From assembly GCA_045615365.1 (NCBI GenBank), contig JAZLEQ010000010.1, forward strand, positions 1,672-65,671: 64,000 bases of DNA, in the 5' to 3' direction. Below the pieces are notes generated by a model, which was not told the origin of the DNA, searched no databases, and worked only from the letters and a program-made list of their open reading frames with translations. Origin of the DNA: Alphaproteobacteria bacterium (GTDB lineage: Bacteria; Pseudomonadota; Alphaproteobacteria; RF32; CAG-239). Every line of letters begins with the position of its first letter. The first letter of the stretch is position 1. The translations under genes were made by a program, and so were the position numbers. Below, piece by piece: positions 1 through 10,396 of this stretch.

Positions 1-367
1 ATTCTTTCGCCATCAAAATTGCATGACCATTACCCAATGGTTGCGACTGTTCTGCAAACGAAAACTTCATTCCCTTAGGAATAATCTTCAACAATTCGGC
101 CAAAATTTCGGTTTTTCCTTTTTTAGCCAAATGATCTTCCAACCAAGGATATGGTTCATAATATTTTTCAAACAAATGTTTACAAGATTGATCACTGTAA
201 ATAAAGATAATTTCTTTAATACCGATTTCAGCGCAAGCATCCACCGCATATTGAATAATCGGCTTACTGTGCAAAGTTAAAAACCCTTTATGCAAAACTT
301 TTGTTGCGGGTAAATTTCTTGTAGACAATCCTGCCACCGGCAAGATACAAACTTCAGGTTTCTTCAT
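1..367 (-). CDS. galU: UTP--glucose-1-phosphate uridylyltransferase, N-terminal part (3' end runs off the window)
   Basis: Own translation of the minus strand from ATG at 365-367: MKKPEVCILPVAGLSTRNLPATKVLHKGFLTLHSKPIIQYAVDACAEIGIKEIIFI...SQPLGNGHAILMAKE. It has the PVAGLxTRxLPATK nucleotide-binding loop and the LGxGHA motif of GalU-type sugar-1-P nucleotidyltransferases. It is absent from the ORF track because the window edge truncates it. Confidence 0.8.
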   Translation of the reverse strand, partial: MKKPEVCILPVAGLSTRNLPATKVLHKGFLTLHSKPIIQYAVDACAEIGIKEIIFIYSDQSCKHLFEKYYEPYPWLEDHLAKKGKTEILAELLKIIPKGMKFSFAEQSQPLGNGHAILMAKE

Positions 368-428
368 AGCATAACTCCATAAAAATTATTATGCAAATAT
401 ATGTATCACAAAAAAACTATTCCTCAAG

Positions 429-3400
429 CTAAAAACTTATTATATTCCTGCCTTTTTTTATCACACCTGTGTCTGTTGTTTCATCATCTTTTTTCTTGTC
501 ATTTTTTTTGCCTGTAAAATCAAGCACTTTGATCTTTTCATTATTAATTTTGTCTTCTGCTTCTTTAATTTCGTTAATATCCCTCACTACCGTAATTTTT
601 TTACCGGTTTTCTTAATGCTTATACTTCCCGTATTTTCCTCAATCATACGTCGTTCTTCTTCTTCCTTCACTTTTTGTTTATAAGCATCTTCGGCAGCAT
701 CAATCTTAGGCAATATGAGTTCATCCGGTTTTTTCTCATTTTCGTTTATAATTGTTTCCGCATCTTGCAACTTCAAATAAATTTCCTTCATCTTCGGATT
801 ATTTTCTTCGTGTTTTTCAATATTCGATTCGTTTACAATCTCTTCATTAATTTTATTGCTTTCAATCTCATATTGTTCCAAAAATTTTGCCTGTTGACTA
901 ATCAAATCGTCAAAAGCTTTAAAATCTGCATCTTCTCGCATTTTATAGTCAGTTTCAAAAGTTTTTAATCTTTCGTCAAATTTATTTAAAACAGCATTAT
1001 ATTCAAACAACTTCTGTTTCAAGGTATTGTTTAATTCAACAATTTTTGTATATTCCGTTGCATATTGTTTTTTCAAATCTTCCAAATAAACCTCATCAAT
1101 CAGCTGAGATATATTTTTAAGTTTTTCTTCCACATTGTCATTTGCTTTTGCCAACTCATCAATCACATCCTGAGTTACTTTCATTGAATTAACATCCACC
1201 CCGTTAACCTTATCAATAAGCGTAGTAACTTCATCTGCAGCTTCTTTTTTAAGGGCTTCAAATTTTGTAATATTATCAGGCACAAAAACCTTTATTATTT
1301 TGTCATCTATTTTCGGATCGATTTCATTTCTCACTTTGTTCAACGCTACATCAGCACGAACCTTTTGTTCATCCACAAGAGATTGCCAATGATCTTTTTC
1401 AGCCTGTTCTTTGGCTTCTTTCAAAGCTTTTTCCTCTTTATCTCTGTCAAAATAAACTTTTTGAATATCGCTCACATTAATAATTTTTTCCGGATTGCTC
1501 ATATCCCCTTTAAGTGTAAAAGAAAATCCCGGTAAAGAAGTTATATCCTTAAACTTAACATTAAATATTACATCCATGGTCCAATTTTTAAGATTGCCGC
1601 CACCGCTCAAGGTCACATTATCAGATGTTGAAGCCATTGATGCATTTTGCAAACTGAAATTTCCCTTATCAAACAAGACTCTGCCCAAAATTCTTTCAAA
1701 CGATGTTTCACCCGAACCGATATTGGCATCAACCGCTTCGCCCAACCCGTCGCCTGAAATTCTGACAAGCAAATCATCATAAACAGGTTTCAAGTTCAAT
1801 CCTCTCACACTGCTGTTTGCAACATTAACATCTATTTTTCCGCTTAACTGGTCAATAAAATCTTTTTTACTTACCGCACTTGAAGAAAGCTCTGCCGTCA
1901 ACGAAAATTCACCGTCTGAAAGCCCGTATTCTCTTCCTCCGAATGGGAAATCAACAATTTTTGCATTTTCAATTTTTGTCGTGAAATCAATTTTCGGTTC
2001 ATTTGCAATATCCAAGAAAAGCTGTGCGGTTAAAGGTGTTTCCTTATAGTCTGCGACAAAATCATTCACACGAATTTCATTTCCTGCCGAAACCAATCTG
2101 AACTTACTATTCTTAAACAACTCTCCTTTATATGACAACTCGGCAACATCAAACACTCCGTTAAAATTAATGTTTTTATATGGCTCATAATTAATCTTTT
2201 CTTGTCCGACGACGGGTTTTGATAAGAAGTTTGCATCACTCATTGCTTGTTGTTCAATCATTGCAGCGTCATCCGGACTCCTAACCAAAAATCTTTCAAT
2301 CTCCAACATATTCACTTTAAGATTTGAGTTTATTATTTTGTTATCATTTTCAAGCTGATACTCAACATCACCGACAAAATCGACATACCCCACATTAGCA
2401 GTCATTTCGGACAACAAAAGATTTTCCTTATTTCCTTTAACATTTGCCTTGAAATTAAAAATTCCCAAATTGGAAGCCATAGGACTGTAGTTCAAATTAA
2501 AATTTTGCAACAAACTATTGAATTCCGGATAATGAGCTTTCATTTTACCGTCAAAATTATAACCTTTTTCATCCTTAACCACGGTTCCCTCATAAGCTGC
2601 CGTAAATTCTCCGATTTTCACATTGCTGTTTATCCCCATATTATCAAACGAACCGTTTATTATGCCGTTCAACTCTATATTATCCATTTCATTATAATTT
2701 ATTTCCGGCACGGAAAGCTCAAATTTATTTATAAAAGACATCAAATCCGAACTCTTAAAATCATAATTCAAATCAGTAAAATTCAACGCCGTATCAAAAC
2801 CGCTGACCGCACCGCTTAGATAAACCGATGTGTTTGCAACTTCACCGATTAGTGCATTTTCAATTTCCAAATTTCCATCCAAAAGCTTCACCTTAAAGGC
2901 CACCTTTTCAAAGGGCATACTTTCATAAATAATCAGGTTTGCGGTTGTATCCATAACCAGATCCATTTCTCTTAAGAATTTGTTTTTTCCGAAACGAGAA
3001 ATTGCTCTTGTCAACCAAGTTGTTTTTCCTTCATCGTCAACATCTTTAGGCGGAAAATAGTTATCCAAATTAATTGTATCACCGTTAATCAACAACATTA
3101 AATATTTTCTGTCCTTGAAAAACAATCTTGCATTACCTGTCAAGGTTGTTTTATCCAAAGTAACTTTATAAGGAGAAAATTGAATTCTCTCATAATCTCC
3201 ATCAATTTTCGTATCCAAAATCATTTTTTTATAAACTGACTGGACGGCATTTTCCGGATTAATATCCAACCATTGCATTGTCTTCAACAAATCGACCGCT
3301 TCCACAAACAAATTCAACCTGTATATCGGCTTTTCATCTTTTGCATAAATACGCCCGTCAGTTTTCAACAATGTATCCCCGGGCAAAACAACGCTGAATT

Positions 3401-4556
3401 CTTTTAAATTAACAATATTATTTTTCAAATCAAATCGGGTTTTCAAATTTTTCAAGCCTTGTCCCTGATAAAAAGCTTTTAAAGCAGAAACCCCGACATC
3501 CAAATCATATTTATAATCAGGATCATACGGCTCGGTTTTGTATTTTTCCACCAACTCTTTCATAAAATTAACGAAAGGCTCCACATCCAATTCTGCGAAT
3601 TCAAAATTAGCTTTAATTTCTTTGCTTGCCGGATCTTTATAAGGGAACAACAAACTTCCCGATCCCTGAGTGTCTCCATACTTAACAACAACATTTGTCA
3701 AATCAATTCTATTATGGTTTATCAATGCATCAAAACCTAATTTTATCGGAGCATTATACTCATCAGGGATCACCTTGCGTTCAAAATTTCCGTTTACAAA
3801 ATCGCCCACTTTCATCGATTCCAGAATAAATCCGCCATTCAATTCCAAATTGCTCAAATTTATTGTTCCGTCAAATCTTAAAAAGCTGTCGGAATTAGGA
3901 TGAGTTATCACCGCATTCAATGTTGTGGGCATATTTTCGGCAATTGTTCCGATGGATAGCGCAAACCCTTCCGGTGATTCTCCCTTCATGTAATTGCCCT
4001 CAATTCTAAACGGTCCGAACAAACTTTCCGTAGCAACCTCACCATTAAGCTTTGTCAGCTTTGTATTTTTTTCCGGATCCCCTGTTTCAAAATTAACCTC
4101 TGCATTTTTCAGGGAAATACTGCTTAAAATATTTTTATTATTTTCAAACATAGCTCTCTGATCTGCGGTTAGATCGCTTTGCCATTTAATTTCTTTTGCA
4201 TTCAAATCAACATTAAGCACCGCACCGTCAAGCACCATTTTTTTAATTTTAACATTTCCCTGCAACAAAGGAATAAGATCCAAATCAGCCATTGCATCTC
4301 TAATTGTCAACACCGGTTTTTTGTCATCAGCTTCACTGAATATTCTTGCATTATTCACATTAATATAAGGAGCGGGAAAAATCTTCAAAGTAACATTTCC
4401 GTCCAACTTAACATATTTTCCGGTCAATTCATGAAATTGGTTGGCTATAGCGTCTTTATGCTTATTCCAATCCATATTCAAGATATAATAAGCCACACCA
4501 CCGGCAATCAACAGCACCAAACCGATAAAAATCAAAAAAAACTTTTTCATCTTCAT
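429..4556 (-). CDS. AsmA-family envelope biogenesis/lipid-transport protein with a long coiled-coil C-terminal tail
   Basis: 1375-aa ORF. An N-terminal signal-anchor helix (FFLIFIGLVLLIAGGVAYYIL) is followed by an AsmA-type N-terminal segment (TGKYVKLDGNVTLKIFPAPYINVNNARIF) and a long beta-rich body. The last ~370 aa are Lys/Glu-rich and coiled-coil-like. The family call rests on architecture only. Confidence 0.6.
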   Translation of the reverse strand: MKMKKFFLIFIGLVLLIAGGVAYYILNMDWNKHKDAIANQFHELTGKYVKLDGNVTLKIFPAPYINVNNARIFSEADDKKPVLTIRDAMADLDLIPLLQGNVKIKKMVLDGAVLNVDLNAKEIKWQSDLTADQRAMFENNKNILSSISLKNAEVNFETGDPEKNTKLTKLNGEVATESLFGPFRIEGNYMKGESPEGFALSIGTIAENMPTTLNAVITHPNSDSFLRFDGTINLSNLELNGGFILESMKVGDFVNGNFERKVIPDEYNAPIKLGFDALINHNRIDLTNVVVKYGDTQGSGSLLFPYKDPASKEIKANFEFAELDVEPFVNFMKELVEKYKTEPYDPDYKYDLDVGVSALKAFYQGQGLKNLKTRFDLKNNIVNLKEFSVVLPGDTLLKTDGRIYAKDEKPIYRLNLFVEAVDLLKTMQWLDINPENAVQSVYKKMILDTKIDGDYERIQFSPYKVTLDKTTLTGNARLFFKDRKYLMLLINGDTINLDNYFPPKDVDDEGKTTWLTRAISRFGKNKFLREMDLVMDTTANLIIYESMPFEKVAFKVKLLDGNLEIENALIGEVANTSVYLSGAVSGFDTALNFTDLNYDFKSSDLMSFINKFELSVPEINYNEMDNIELNGIINGSFDNMGINSNVKIGEFTAAYEGTVVKDEKGYNFDGKMKAHYPEFNSLLQNFNLNYSPMASNLGIFNFKANVKGNKENLLLSEMTANVGYVDFVGDVEYQLENDNKIINSNLKVNMLEIERFLVRSPDDAAMIEQQAMSDANFLSKPVVGQEKINYEPYKNINFNGVFDVAELSYKGELFKNSKFRLVSAGNEIRVNDFVADYKETPLTAQLFLDIANEPKIDFTTKIENAKIVDFPFGGREYGLSDGEFSLTAELSSSAVSKKDFIDQLSGKIDVNVANSSVRGLNLKPVYDDLLVRISGDGLGEAVDANIGSGETSFERILGRVLFDKGNFSLQNASMASTSDNVTLSGGGNLKNWTMDVIFNVKFKDITSLPGFSFTLKGDMSNPEKIINVSDIQKVYFDRDKEEKALKEAKEQAEKDHWQSLVDEQKVRADVALNKVRNEIDPKIDDKIIKVFVPDNITKFEALKKEAADEVTTLIDKVNGVDVNSMKVTQDVIDELAKANDNVEEKLKNISQLIDEVYLEDLKKQYATEYTKIVELNNTLKQKLFEYNAVLNKFDERLKTFETDYKMREDADFKAFDDLISQQAKFLEQYEIESNKINEEIVNESNIEKHEENNPKMKEIYLKLQDAETIINENEKKPDELILPKIDAAEDAYKQKVKEEEERRMIEENTGSISIKKTGKKITVVRDINEIKEAEDKINNEKIKVLDFTGKKNDKKKDDETTDTGVIKKGRNIISF

Positions 4557-4682
4557 CCAACCTTTTTCAAATTACAATTCATAATAGAATTATGGGCAAA
4601 AAAACTTTGCTTTTATAAACATCTTGTGCTTATTATATAATATAAAATTAAAAAATCATTTAATATTACAGGGTTATAGACA

Positions 4683-5072
4683 ATGAATGATTTATCAAAA
4701 TTATACGAACTGGCAAAAAAAGCTTCTGCCAACGCCTATGCTCCATATTCAAACTTTAGAGTAGGCGCCGCAATTCTCAGCAACAACGGCAATTTTTATA
4801 TTGGTTGCAATGTAGAAAATATTTCTTATCCGGTTGGAACTTGTGCCGAGCAAAGTGCAATTTCCGCAATGATTTCCGCCGGCGATTCCCAAATTGCCAA
4901 AATTCTGATTTATGCCGACAGCCCCCACCTTATCACTCCGTGTGGAGCTTGCAGACAACGTATAGCCGAATTTTCAACAAACGATACTTTGATATATTTA
5001 GCCGATTCTATTGATATAAAACGAACCTGCAGTTTGTCCGAAATTCTGCCTTTTTACTTTAAGGAGTTATAA
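4683..5072 (+). CDS. cdd: cytidine deaminase
   Basis: 129 aa, with zinc-ligand signatures CAEQSAI and PCGACRQ typical of small tetrameric cytidine deaminases. First gene of a nucleoside catabolism operon. Confidence 0.9.
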   Translation: MNDLSKLYELAKKASANAYAPYSNFRVGAAILSNNGNFYIGCNVENISYPVGTCAEQSAISAMISAGDSQIAKILIYADSPHLITPCGACRQRIAEFSTNDTLIYLADSIDIKRTCSLSEILPFYFKEL

Positions 5073-5078
5073 TCGATC

Positions 5079-5891
5079 ATGCTCAACAGCCACACACTCT
5101 CAGAAAACATAAAATCAAAACTCAACGGATTCGCACCGGATACCGCCATCATTCTTGGCTCCGGTTTGGGTTCATTGGCAGATCAAATAAACAACAAAAT
5201 AATAATAAAATATGATGAATTGGCAGATTTTCCTTTAAGTAGCGTTTCCGGACATAAAGGCCGGTTTGTTTGCGGTGAATTACAAGACAAAAAAGTATTA
5301 TGCATGCAAGGACGTGTTCATATTTACGAAGGCAATTCCCCGCAAGCCATTTGCCGAATAATTCACGGTCTGAAACTTTTGGGCATAAACAAACTTATAG
5401 TCACCAATGCTGCCGGCTCTCTAAACAAGAACATACCTGCGGGCTCAATCATGATGATAACCGACCATATCAACCTAAGCTCTTTCAATCCGCTCATAGG
5501 TCCGAATAACGATTCCATGGGGCCCCGTTTTCCCGACATGAGCAATGCGTATTCCAAAAAATTTCAAAAATTAATTCGCCAAACTGCAAATGAACTGAAC
5601 ATTTCTCTCAAAGAAGGTGTATACCTTATGGTTAGCGGCCCAAATTTTGAAACTTCCGCAGAAGTTCGCGCCTACGGACTACTGGGAGGAGATGCTGTCG
5701 GGATGTCAACAGTTCCCGAAGTAATAAGCGCAGTGCATTGCGGGATGGAGGTAATGGGATTTTCAGTTATAACCAACCTCGGAACCGGACTGAGCGACCA
5801 CTCTCTTTCCCACGAAGAAACATTAAAAATGGGGCAACAGGCTTCTGCCGAATTGTCAATGTTAATCAACACTCTTTTAAAAAGGATATAA
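5079..5891 (+). CDS. punA: purine nucleoside phosphorylase (trimeric PNP/MTAP family)
   Basis: 270 aa. Motifs GSGLGSLAD, MQGRVHIYEG, VTNAAGS, GPNFETSAE and GMSTVPEV are colinear with inosine/guanosine-type PNP as I recall it. Confidence 0.9.
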   Translation: MLNSHTLSENIKSKLNGFAPDTAIILGSGLGSLADQINNKIIIKYDELADFPLSSVSGHKGRFVCGELQDKKVLCMQGRVHIYEGNSPQAICRIIHGLKLLGINKLIVTNAAGSLNKNIPAGSIMMITDHINLSSFNPLIGPNNDSMGPRFPDMSNAYSKKFQKLIRQTANELNISLKEGVYLMVSGPNFETSAEVRAYGLLGGDAVGMSTVPEVISAVHCGMEVMGFSVITNLGTGLSDHSLSHEETLKMGQQASAELSMLINTLLKRI

Positions 5892-5893
5892 AA

Positions 5894-6625
5894 ATGGATG
5901 ATGTATCTGCAGCGAAAATTCTTATTTCCTCTATTGACCTGACATCTCTAAACCTAAACGACACCGACGAGACCATCCGTCAATTATGCCAAAATGCATT
6001 CACACCATATGGCTCCACCGCATCTGTTTGCATATATCCGCAGTTTATCCCATATGCTAAAAACATTCTCCCTTCTGATTTTCCGGTAGCAACGGTAATA
6101 AATTTTCCCTCGGGAATTGCCGATATCCACCTTCTGGAAAAAGAAACCGAAATTGCCATAAAACTTGGCGCCGACGAGCTTGATATCGTTTTTCCCTACC
6201 GCACATTTTTAAACAATGATATCGAATTTTGCCAAAAATACCTAAACAAAGCTCGCTCTGTTTGCGGCAACAAAACGATGAAAATAATCATTGAAACAGG
6301 CGAATTGAAAAACATACCGGCAATCAAAAAAGCATCAGAACTTTGCATAGAATCTCAAACAGATTTCATAAAAACATCAACAGGCAAAACTTCTGTATCA
6401 GCCACCCCCGAAGCAGCTAACGCCATTTTGGAAACAATATCACAAAGCGGCAAGAAGGTAGGTTTTAAGGCTTCAGGCGGAATCAGAACATTTACAGAAG
6501 CCAAAAAATATCTCAGCTTATTCCAATCAATAATCGGCCCGAAAGATGCCAATCAATCAAGATTCCGAATTGGTGCAAGTTCTGTTTTGGCCGATATCAT
6601 CAACACCATCAAACAAGGATATTAA
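5894..6625 (+). CDS. deoC: deoxyribose-phosphate aldolase
   Basis: Start moved to ATG 5894, in frame with track ORF 5738..6625, whose longer form overlaps punA. Carries IDLTSLN and the Schiff-base lysine context FIKTSTGK of class I DERA. Confidence 0.85.
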   Translation: MDDVSAAKILISSIDLTSLNLNDTDETIRQLCQNAFTPYGSTASVCIYPQFIPYAKNILPSDFPVATVINFPSGIADIHLLEKETEIAIKLGADELDIVFPYRTFLNNDIEFCQKYLNKARSVCGNKTMKIIIETGELKNIPAIKKASELCIESQTDFIKTSTGKTSVSATPEAANAILETISQSGKKVGFKASGGIRTFTEAKKYLSLFQSIIGPKDANQSRFRIGASSVLADIINTIKQGY

Positions 6626-6627
6626 AA

Positions 6628-7941
6628 ATGCTTCCACAAGAAATCATCAGAAAAAAACGCAACAGTCAAACTCTTTCAGCGGAAGATATCAAAGAATTCA
6701 TTAAAGGCGTAACATCCGGAGAAATTGTAGATGCCCAAACAGCAGCCTTCACGATGGCTGTTTTTCTGAACGGAATGACCAAAGAAGAAACCGCATCATT
6801 AACTTTGGCCATGCGCGATTCCGGTGATGTTCTTAAATGGAGCGGAATTAACGGACCTATTGTTGACAAACATTCTTCAGGCGGAGTAGGCGACAAAGTA
6901 AGCCTGATGTTAGCCCCCATGCTTGCTGCTTGCGGAGCTTTTTGCCCCATGATATCCGGTCGTGGTCTCGGGCACACTGGCGGAACACTTGACAAATTCG
7001 ATTCCATCCCCGGTTATCAAACCCAACCTTCAAACGATCTTTTTTATAAAACAGTTAAAGACATCGGTTGTGCCATAATCGGACAAACCGGCAACCTTGC
7101 TCCGGCAGACAAAAAAATCTACGCAATTCGCGATGTTTGTGCAACAGTTGAATCTGTTGAACTCATAACGGCATCAATCCTTTCAAAAAAATTGGCTGCC
7201 GGTCTTCAACACTTGGTAATGGACCTGAAATGCGGCAACGGTGCCTTTATGGATTCCATGGAAAAGGCCGAAGAACTTGCCTCATCAATTGTTCGCGTAG
7301 CAACTGCAGCCGGAACCAAAACACAAGCCGTCATCACCGACATGAACCAAGTTTTGGGCTCCAATGTAGGAAATGCTTTAGAAGTTGCCGAAGCCGTTGA
7401 TTACCTCAAAGGTATAAATGTAGACCCGCGCCTTCACGAAATAACCATTGAACTTTGCGCCCAACTTCTGGTTTCTTCCAACATCACCCCCAAAATTGAA
7501 TATGCCAAAACAATGCTTCAAGAAGTCATTAACAATGGCAAAGCTTTAGAAAAATTCGCCCAAATGACAAACGCTTTGGGAGGCCCGCAAGACTTCTGCG
7601 AAAAACCATGGAAATACCTTCCCAAAGCCAATATCATCAAACCGGTATATTCAAAAACTTCCGGCTATGTTTCATCAATGGATACCCGCGGCATAGGTTT
7701 AAGCATCATTGAAATGAAAGGCGGAAGAACCACTCCTGAACAAAGATTAGACTACGCAACAGGGTATAGCAACTTTTGCCAAATCGGCAACTACGTAGAT
7801 GAAAAAACACCTTTGGCAATAATTCATGCTCAAACAGAAGAACAATATACAAGAGCCGCTACAAGCATACAACAGCTCATCAAAATCAGCGACAAACAAC
7901 CGGCTTCTTCCCGCTGTGTAATTAAAAAAATTTCTTCATAA
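6628..7941 (+). CDS. deoA: thymidine/pyrimidine-nucleoside phosphorylase
   Basis: 437 aa, with KHSSGGVGDK and SGRGLGHTGGTLDK motifs. Starts 3 nt after deoC. Confidence 0.9.
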   Translation: MLPQEIIRKKRNSQTLSAEDIKEFIKGVTSGEIVDAQTAAFTMAVFLNGMTKEETASLTLAMRDSGDVLKWSGINGPIVDKHSSGGVGDKVSLMLAPMLAACGAFCPMISGRGLGHTGGTLDKFDSIPGYQTQPSNDLFYKTVKDIGCAIIGQTGNLAPADKKIYAIRDVCATVESVELITASILSKKLAAGLQHLVMDLKCGNGAFMDSMEKAEELASSIVRVATAAGTKTQAVITDMNQVLGSNVGNALEVAEAVDYLKGINVDPRLHEITIELCAQLLVSSNITPKIEYAKTMLQEVINNGKALEKFAQMTNALGGPQDFCEKPWKYLPKANIIKPVYSKTSGYVSSMDTRGIGLSIIEMKGGRTTPEQRLDYATGYSNFCQIGNYVDEKTPLAIIHAQTEEQYTRAATSIQQLIKISDKQPASSRCVIKKISS

Positions 7942-7945
7942 AAAA

Positions 7946-8467
7946 TCAATGCATTCCAAAAAATATACCGACAACGGCCGATAAACAAATATAAAATATC
8001 GGCCCTTTTTTCCACACTCTCATCAAAATAAATAAAATTGCAAAAAACAAAACATCAAAACTCGTCAACATAACATCCTTTCCAATCTGCACTCCTGCAT
8101 AAAGGATCAACGCCACAACTGCAGGCCGCATTCCTTCCAAAATATCCCTGACTCTTATATTACAGCTATATTTATTCATCAGCTTTGCAATTAAAACGAT
8201 AATAATTACCGACGGCAAAATCAAACCGAAAGTAGCTCCGCAACTTCCCAAAATTCCGGCCACCCCAAAACCTGCAAATGTAGCCATATTAACACCGATC
8301 GGCCCGGGAGTAGATTCGGCCACGACTATCATGTTTGTTAAATCACCAATCGAAAACCAACCATATTTTTCTGATAATTCATACAAGAACGGAACTGTAG
8401 CCAAACCACCGCCGATAGCTAACATCCCAATCTTAAAAAATTCAACAAACAACTGCAAATATATCAT
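7946..8467 (-). CDS. chrA: chromate transporter (CHR) family protein, short-chain half
   Basis: 173 aa and multi-TM. Carries the CHR signature IGMLAIGGGLATVPFL...STPGPIGVN. Overlaps its paralogous partner by 4 nt. Confidence 0.8.
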   Translation of the reverse strand: MIYLQLFVEFFKIGMLAIGGGLATVPFLYELSEKYGWFSIGDLTNMIVVAESTPGPIGVNMATFAGFGVAGILGSCGATFGLILPSVIIIVLIAKLMNKYSCNIRVRDILEGMRPAVVALILYAGVQIGKDVMLTSFDVLFFAILFILMRVWKKGPIFYICLSAVVGIFFGMH

Positions 8468-9051
8468 CTTTTTAGCTTTCTTTTTACTTCACCTATACTC
8501 AACGCGATTAACGCCGAAACAACCACAACCGAAGCTGCCGACAACCCGACAACAAAAACCGAAATCAAAGCCAAACAGAGAATAAAAATACTCTGAATGT
8601 TTCTCACATTTTTTTTCAATAAATCCACCAAAACATTAGCAATCAAGGCCACGACACAAACTTTAATCCCCGCAAAAGCATATATCACATACTGATTATT
8701 CATAAAAGCCTGAAACACTGAAGCAATCATAACAATTAAAATAAAAGGAGGAACCACCATTCCAAGAGTTGCGGCAACCGCTCCTTTAGTCCCCTTTTGC
8801 GAATACCCGATAAATGTAGCCACATTAATGGCAATAATCCCCGGCGTGCATTGTCCTATTGAAAAATAATCTAAAAGCTCTTCCTCTCTTACCAAACGTC
8901 TTTTTTCAACCAACTCGGCTTTTAACAAAGGCAAAATTGCATAACCTCCACCAAAAGCAAACATCCCTATCTTAAAAAATATTTTAAAAAGCTTTAATAA
9001 ATCTTTCATAAAAAATCCGTTTTCCTTCGTTGTTTTATCAATATCCGCCAA
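8464..9051 (-). CDS. chrA: chromate transporter (CHR) family protein, short-chain half
   Basis: 195 aa, with IGMFAFGGGYAILPLL...CTPGIIAINV. The paired short CHR genes are a known split arrangement. Confidence 0.8.
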   Translation of the reverse strand: MADIDKTTKENGFFMKDLLKLFKIFFKIGMFAFGGGYAILPLLKAELVEKRRLVREEELLDYFSIGQCTPGIIAINVATFIGYSQKGTKGAVAATLGMVVPPFILIVMIASVFQAFMNNQYVIYAFAGIKVCVVALIANVLVDLLKKNVRNIQSIFILCLALISVFVVGLSAASVVVVSALIALSIGEVKRKLKR

Positions 9052-9096
9052 TTATATATAAATATTATTTTATAATAGTTAACGAGTAAGATAATA

Positions 9097-10107
9097 ATGA
9101 TTATAGGCACAATAAAAGAAACCTCATTTTTTGAAACCAGAACCGCAATCACCCCTCAAAGCGCCAAAACATTAATCAATTTAGGCTACTTTGTTTTAAT
9201 CGAAAAAGGCTGCGGCAAAACATCCGGTTTTAGCGACAACGCATACCGTTCCGCGGGAGCAAAAATAATTTCATCTGCCACAAAAATTTTATCCCAAATT
9301 GATATTTTATTAAAAATATCACCTCCTTCTCCAAAAGAATTATCACATATAAAAAAACAAGCCATAATCATAAGCGACTTTCAAAACACAACGCCTAAAA
9401 ATTTTCGTCAAAAATCTTTTTCCGAAAACACATTCGTTGCTCTCAACAAACTTCCTCGTTTGTCAAAATATCAACCGTTCGACATCCTGACATCACAAAA
9501 CTCCCTTTCCGGTTACCAAGCAGTTCTGAGTGCAAGCAATCTGACTCCTCGTGCAGTCCCCATGATGATAACTGCCGCCGGCACAATTCCTCCATTAAAA
9601 TTTCTGATTATCGGCACCGGAATTGCCGGACTTCAAGCCATTGCCACCGCCAAACGCCTTGGAGGCAAAGTTTTTGCCTCAGACCCGAAACCTGAAGCCC
9701 AACAAGAAATAGAATCTCTTGGCGCCATATATTTGAAAGACATTATTTCACAAATTTCCGATTTTGACATCATCATAACTTCTGCCTTTTCATCAGGCAA
9801 GCGAGCCCCTCTCATAATCGGAGAAAAAGAATTAAAAAAATTGTCTCCCGAAACTGTTTTAATCGACATGGCTTGCGCCAACGGCGGCAATATTATCGGC
9901 TCAAAAAACCATAAACTCGTTCGCAAAAACGATTGCATTATTTATGGCAATTCCGAATTTGCAACCCTATTACCCCATACTGCAAGCACACTCTTTGCCA
10001 ATAATTTTGCAAATTTCATAAGCCATTATACATCACGTAAAGCTTCTACACCCACATTCAATATTAACCATCCCGAAATAAAAGATTTACTGTTTTTGAA
10101 AGGATAA
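9097..10107 (+). CDS. pntAA: NAD(P) transhydrogenase subunit alpha part 1 (dI)
   Basis: 336 aa, with Rossmann IIGTGIAGLQA and LPRLSKYQPFDILTSQNSLSGYQAVL of the AlaDH/PNT family. Somewhat shorter than usual. Confidence 0.8.
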   Translation: MIIGTIKETSFFETRTAITPQSAKTLINLGYFVLIEKGCGKTSGFSDNAYRSAGAKIISSATKILSQIDILLKISPPSPKELSHIKKQAIIISDFQNTTPKNFRQKSFSENTFVALNKLPRLSKYQPFDILTSQNSLSGYQAVLSASNLTPRAVPMMITAAGTIPPLKFLIIGTGIAGLQAIATAKRLGGKVFASDPKPEAQQEIESLGAIYLKDIISQISDFDIIITSAFSSGKRAPLIIGEKELKKLSPETVLIDMACANGGNIIGSKNHKLVRKNDCIIYGNSEFATLLPHTASTLFANNFANFISHYTSRKASTPTFNINHPEIKDLLFLKG

Positions 10108-10111
10108 CATC

Positions 10112-10396
10112 ATGGAAGCATGGATATTTCTAACCATTTTCACCCTTTCTTGCTTTGTCGGATACTTTGCCATATTAGGTGTTTCACCGGCTCTTCATTC
10201 TCCTCTAATGAGCGTAAGCAATGCCATTTCCGGCATAATCATAATTGGCGCCATGTCATCATTAGAACAATCAACGAACCTTGTTTCATCACTTCTTTCC
10301 TACTTTGCATTCTTTGTTGCAGCCATCAACATTTTTGGAGGCTTTGCCGTATCACAACGAATGCTTGAAATGTTCAAATCAAAGGATAAAAAATAA
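10112..10396 (+). CDS. pntAB: NAD(P) transhydrogenase subunit alpha part 2 (membrane)
   Basis: 94 aa with three predicted TM helices. Lies between pntAA and pntB, as in split-alpha transhydrogenases. Confidence 0.8.
   Translation: MEAWIFLTIFTLSCFVGYFAILGVSPALHSPLMSVSNAISGIIIIGAMSSLEQSTNLVSSLLSYFAFFVAAINIFGGFAVSQRMLEMFKSKDKK

Noticed and set aside
23-280. 85-aa plus-strand ORF at the window start
   Set aside because: It lies entirely antisense to a clear GalU N-terminal coding sequence on the minus strand, and its own translation has no recognisable motif. It is a shadow ORF.
469-4640. Multiple plus-strand ORFs (469..684, 675..968, 1495..1782, 2505..2819, 3670..3903, 4179..4640) inside the AsmA-like gene. 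Similar antisense or off-frame ORFs lie inside pgk, infB, nusA, hydA/hydB, lptG, cysK and others.
   Set aside because: All are embedded in long ORFs with strong family signatures on the other strand or frame. Their translations are low-complexity (Phe/Ile/Ser/Asn-rich), as expected for antisense reading of AT-rich genes.
5738-5893. 52-codon N-terminal extension of deoC in the ORF track
   Set aside because: It overlaps the punA 3' end in another frame. The ATG at 5894 sits 3 nt after the punA stop and yields a normal DERA N-terminus.
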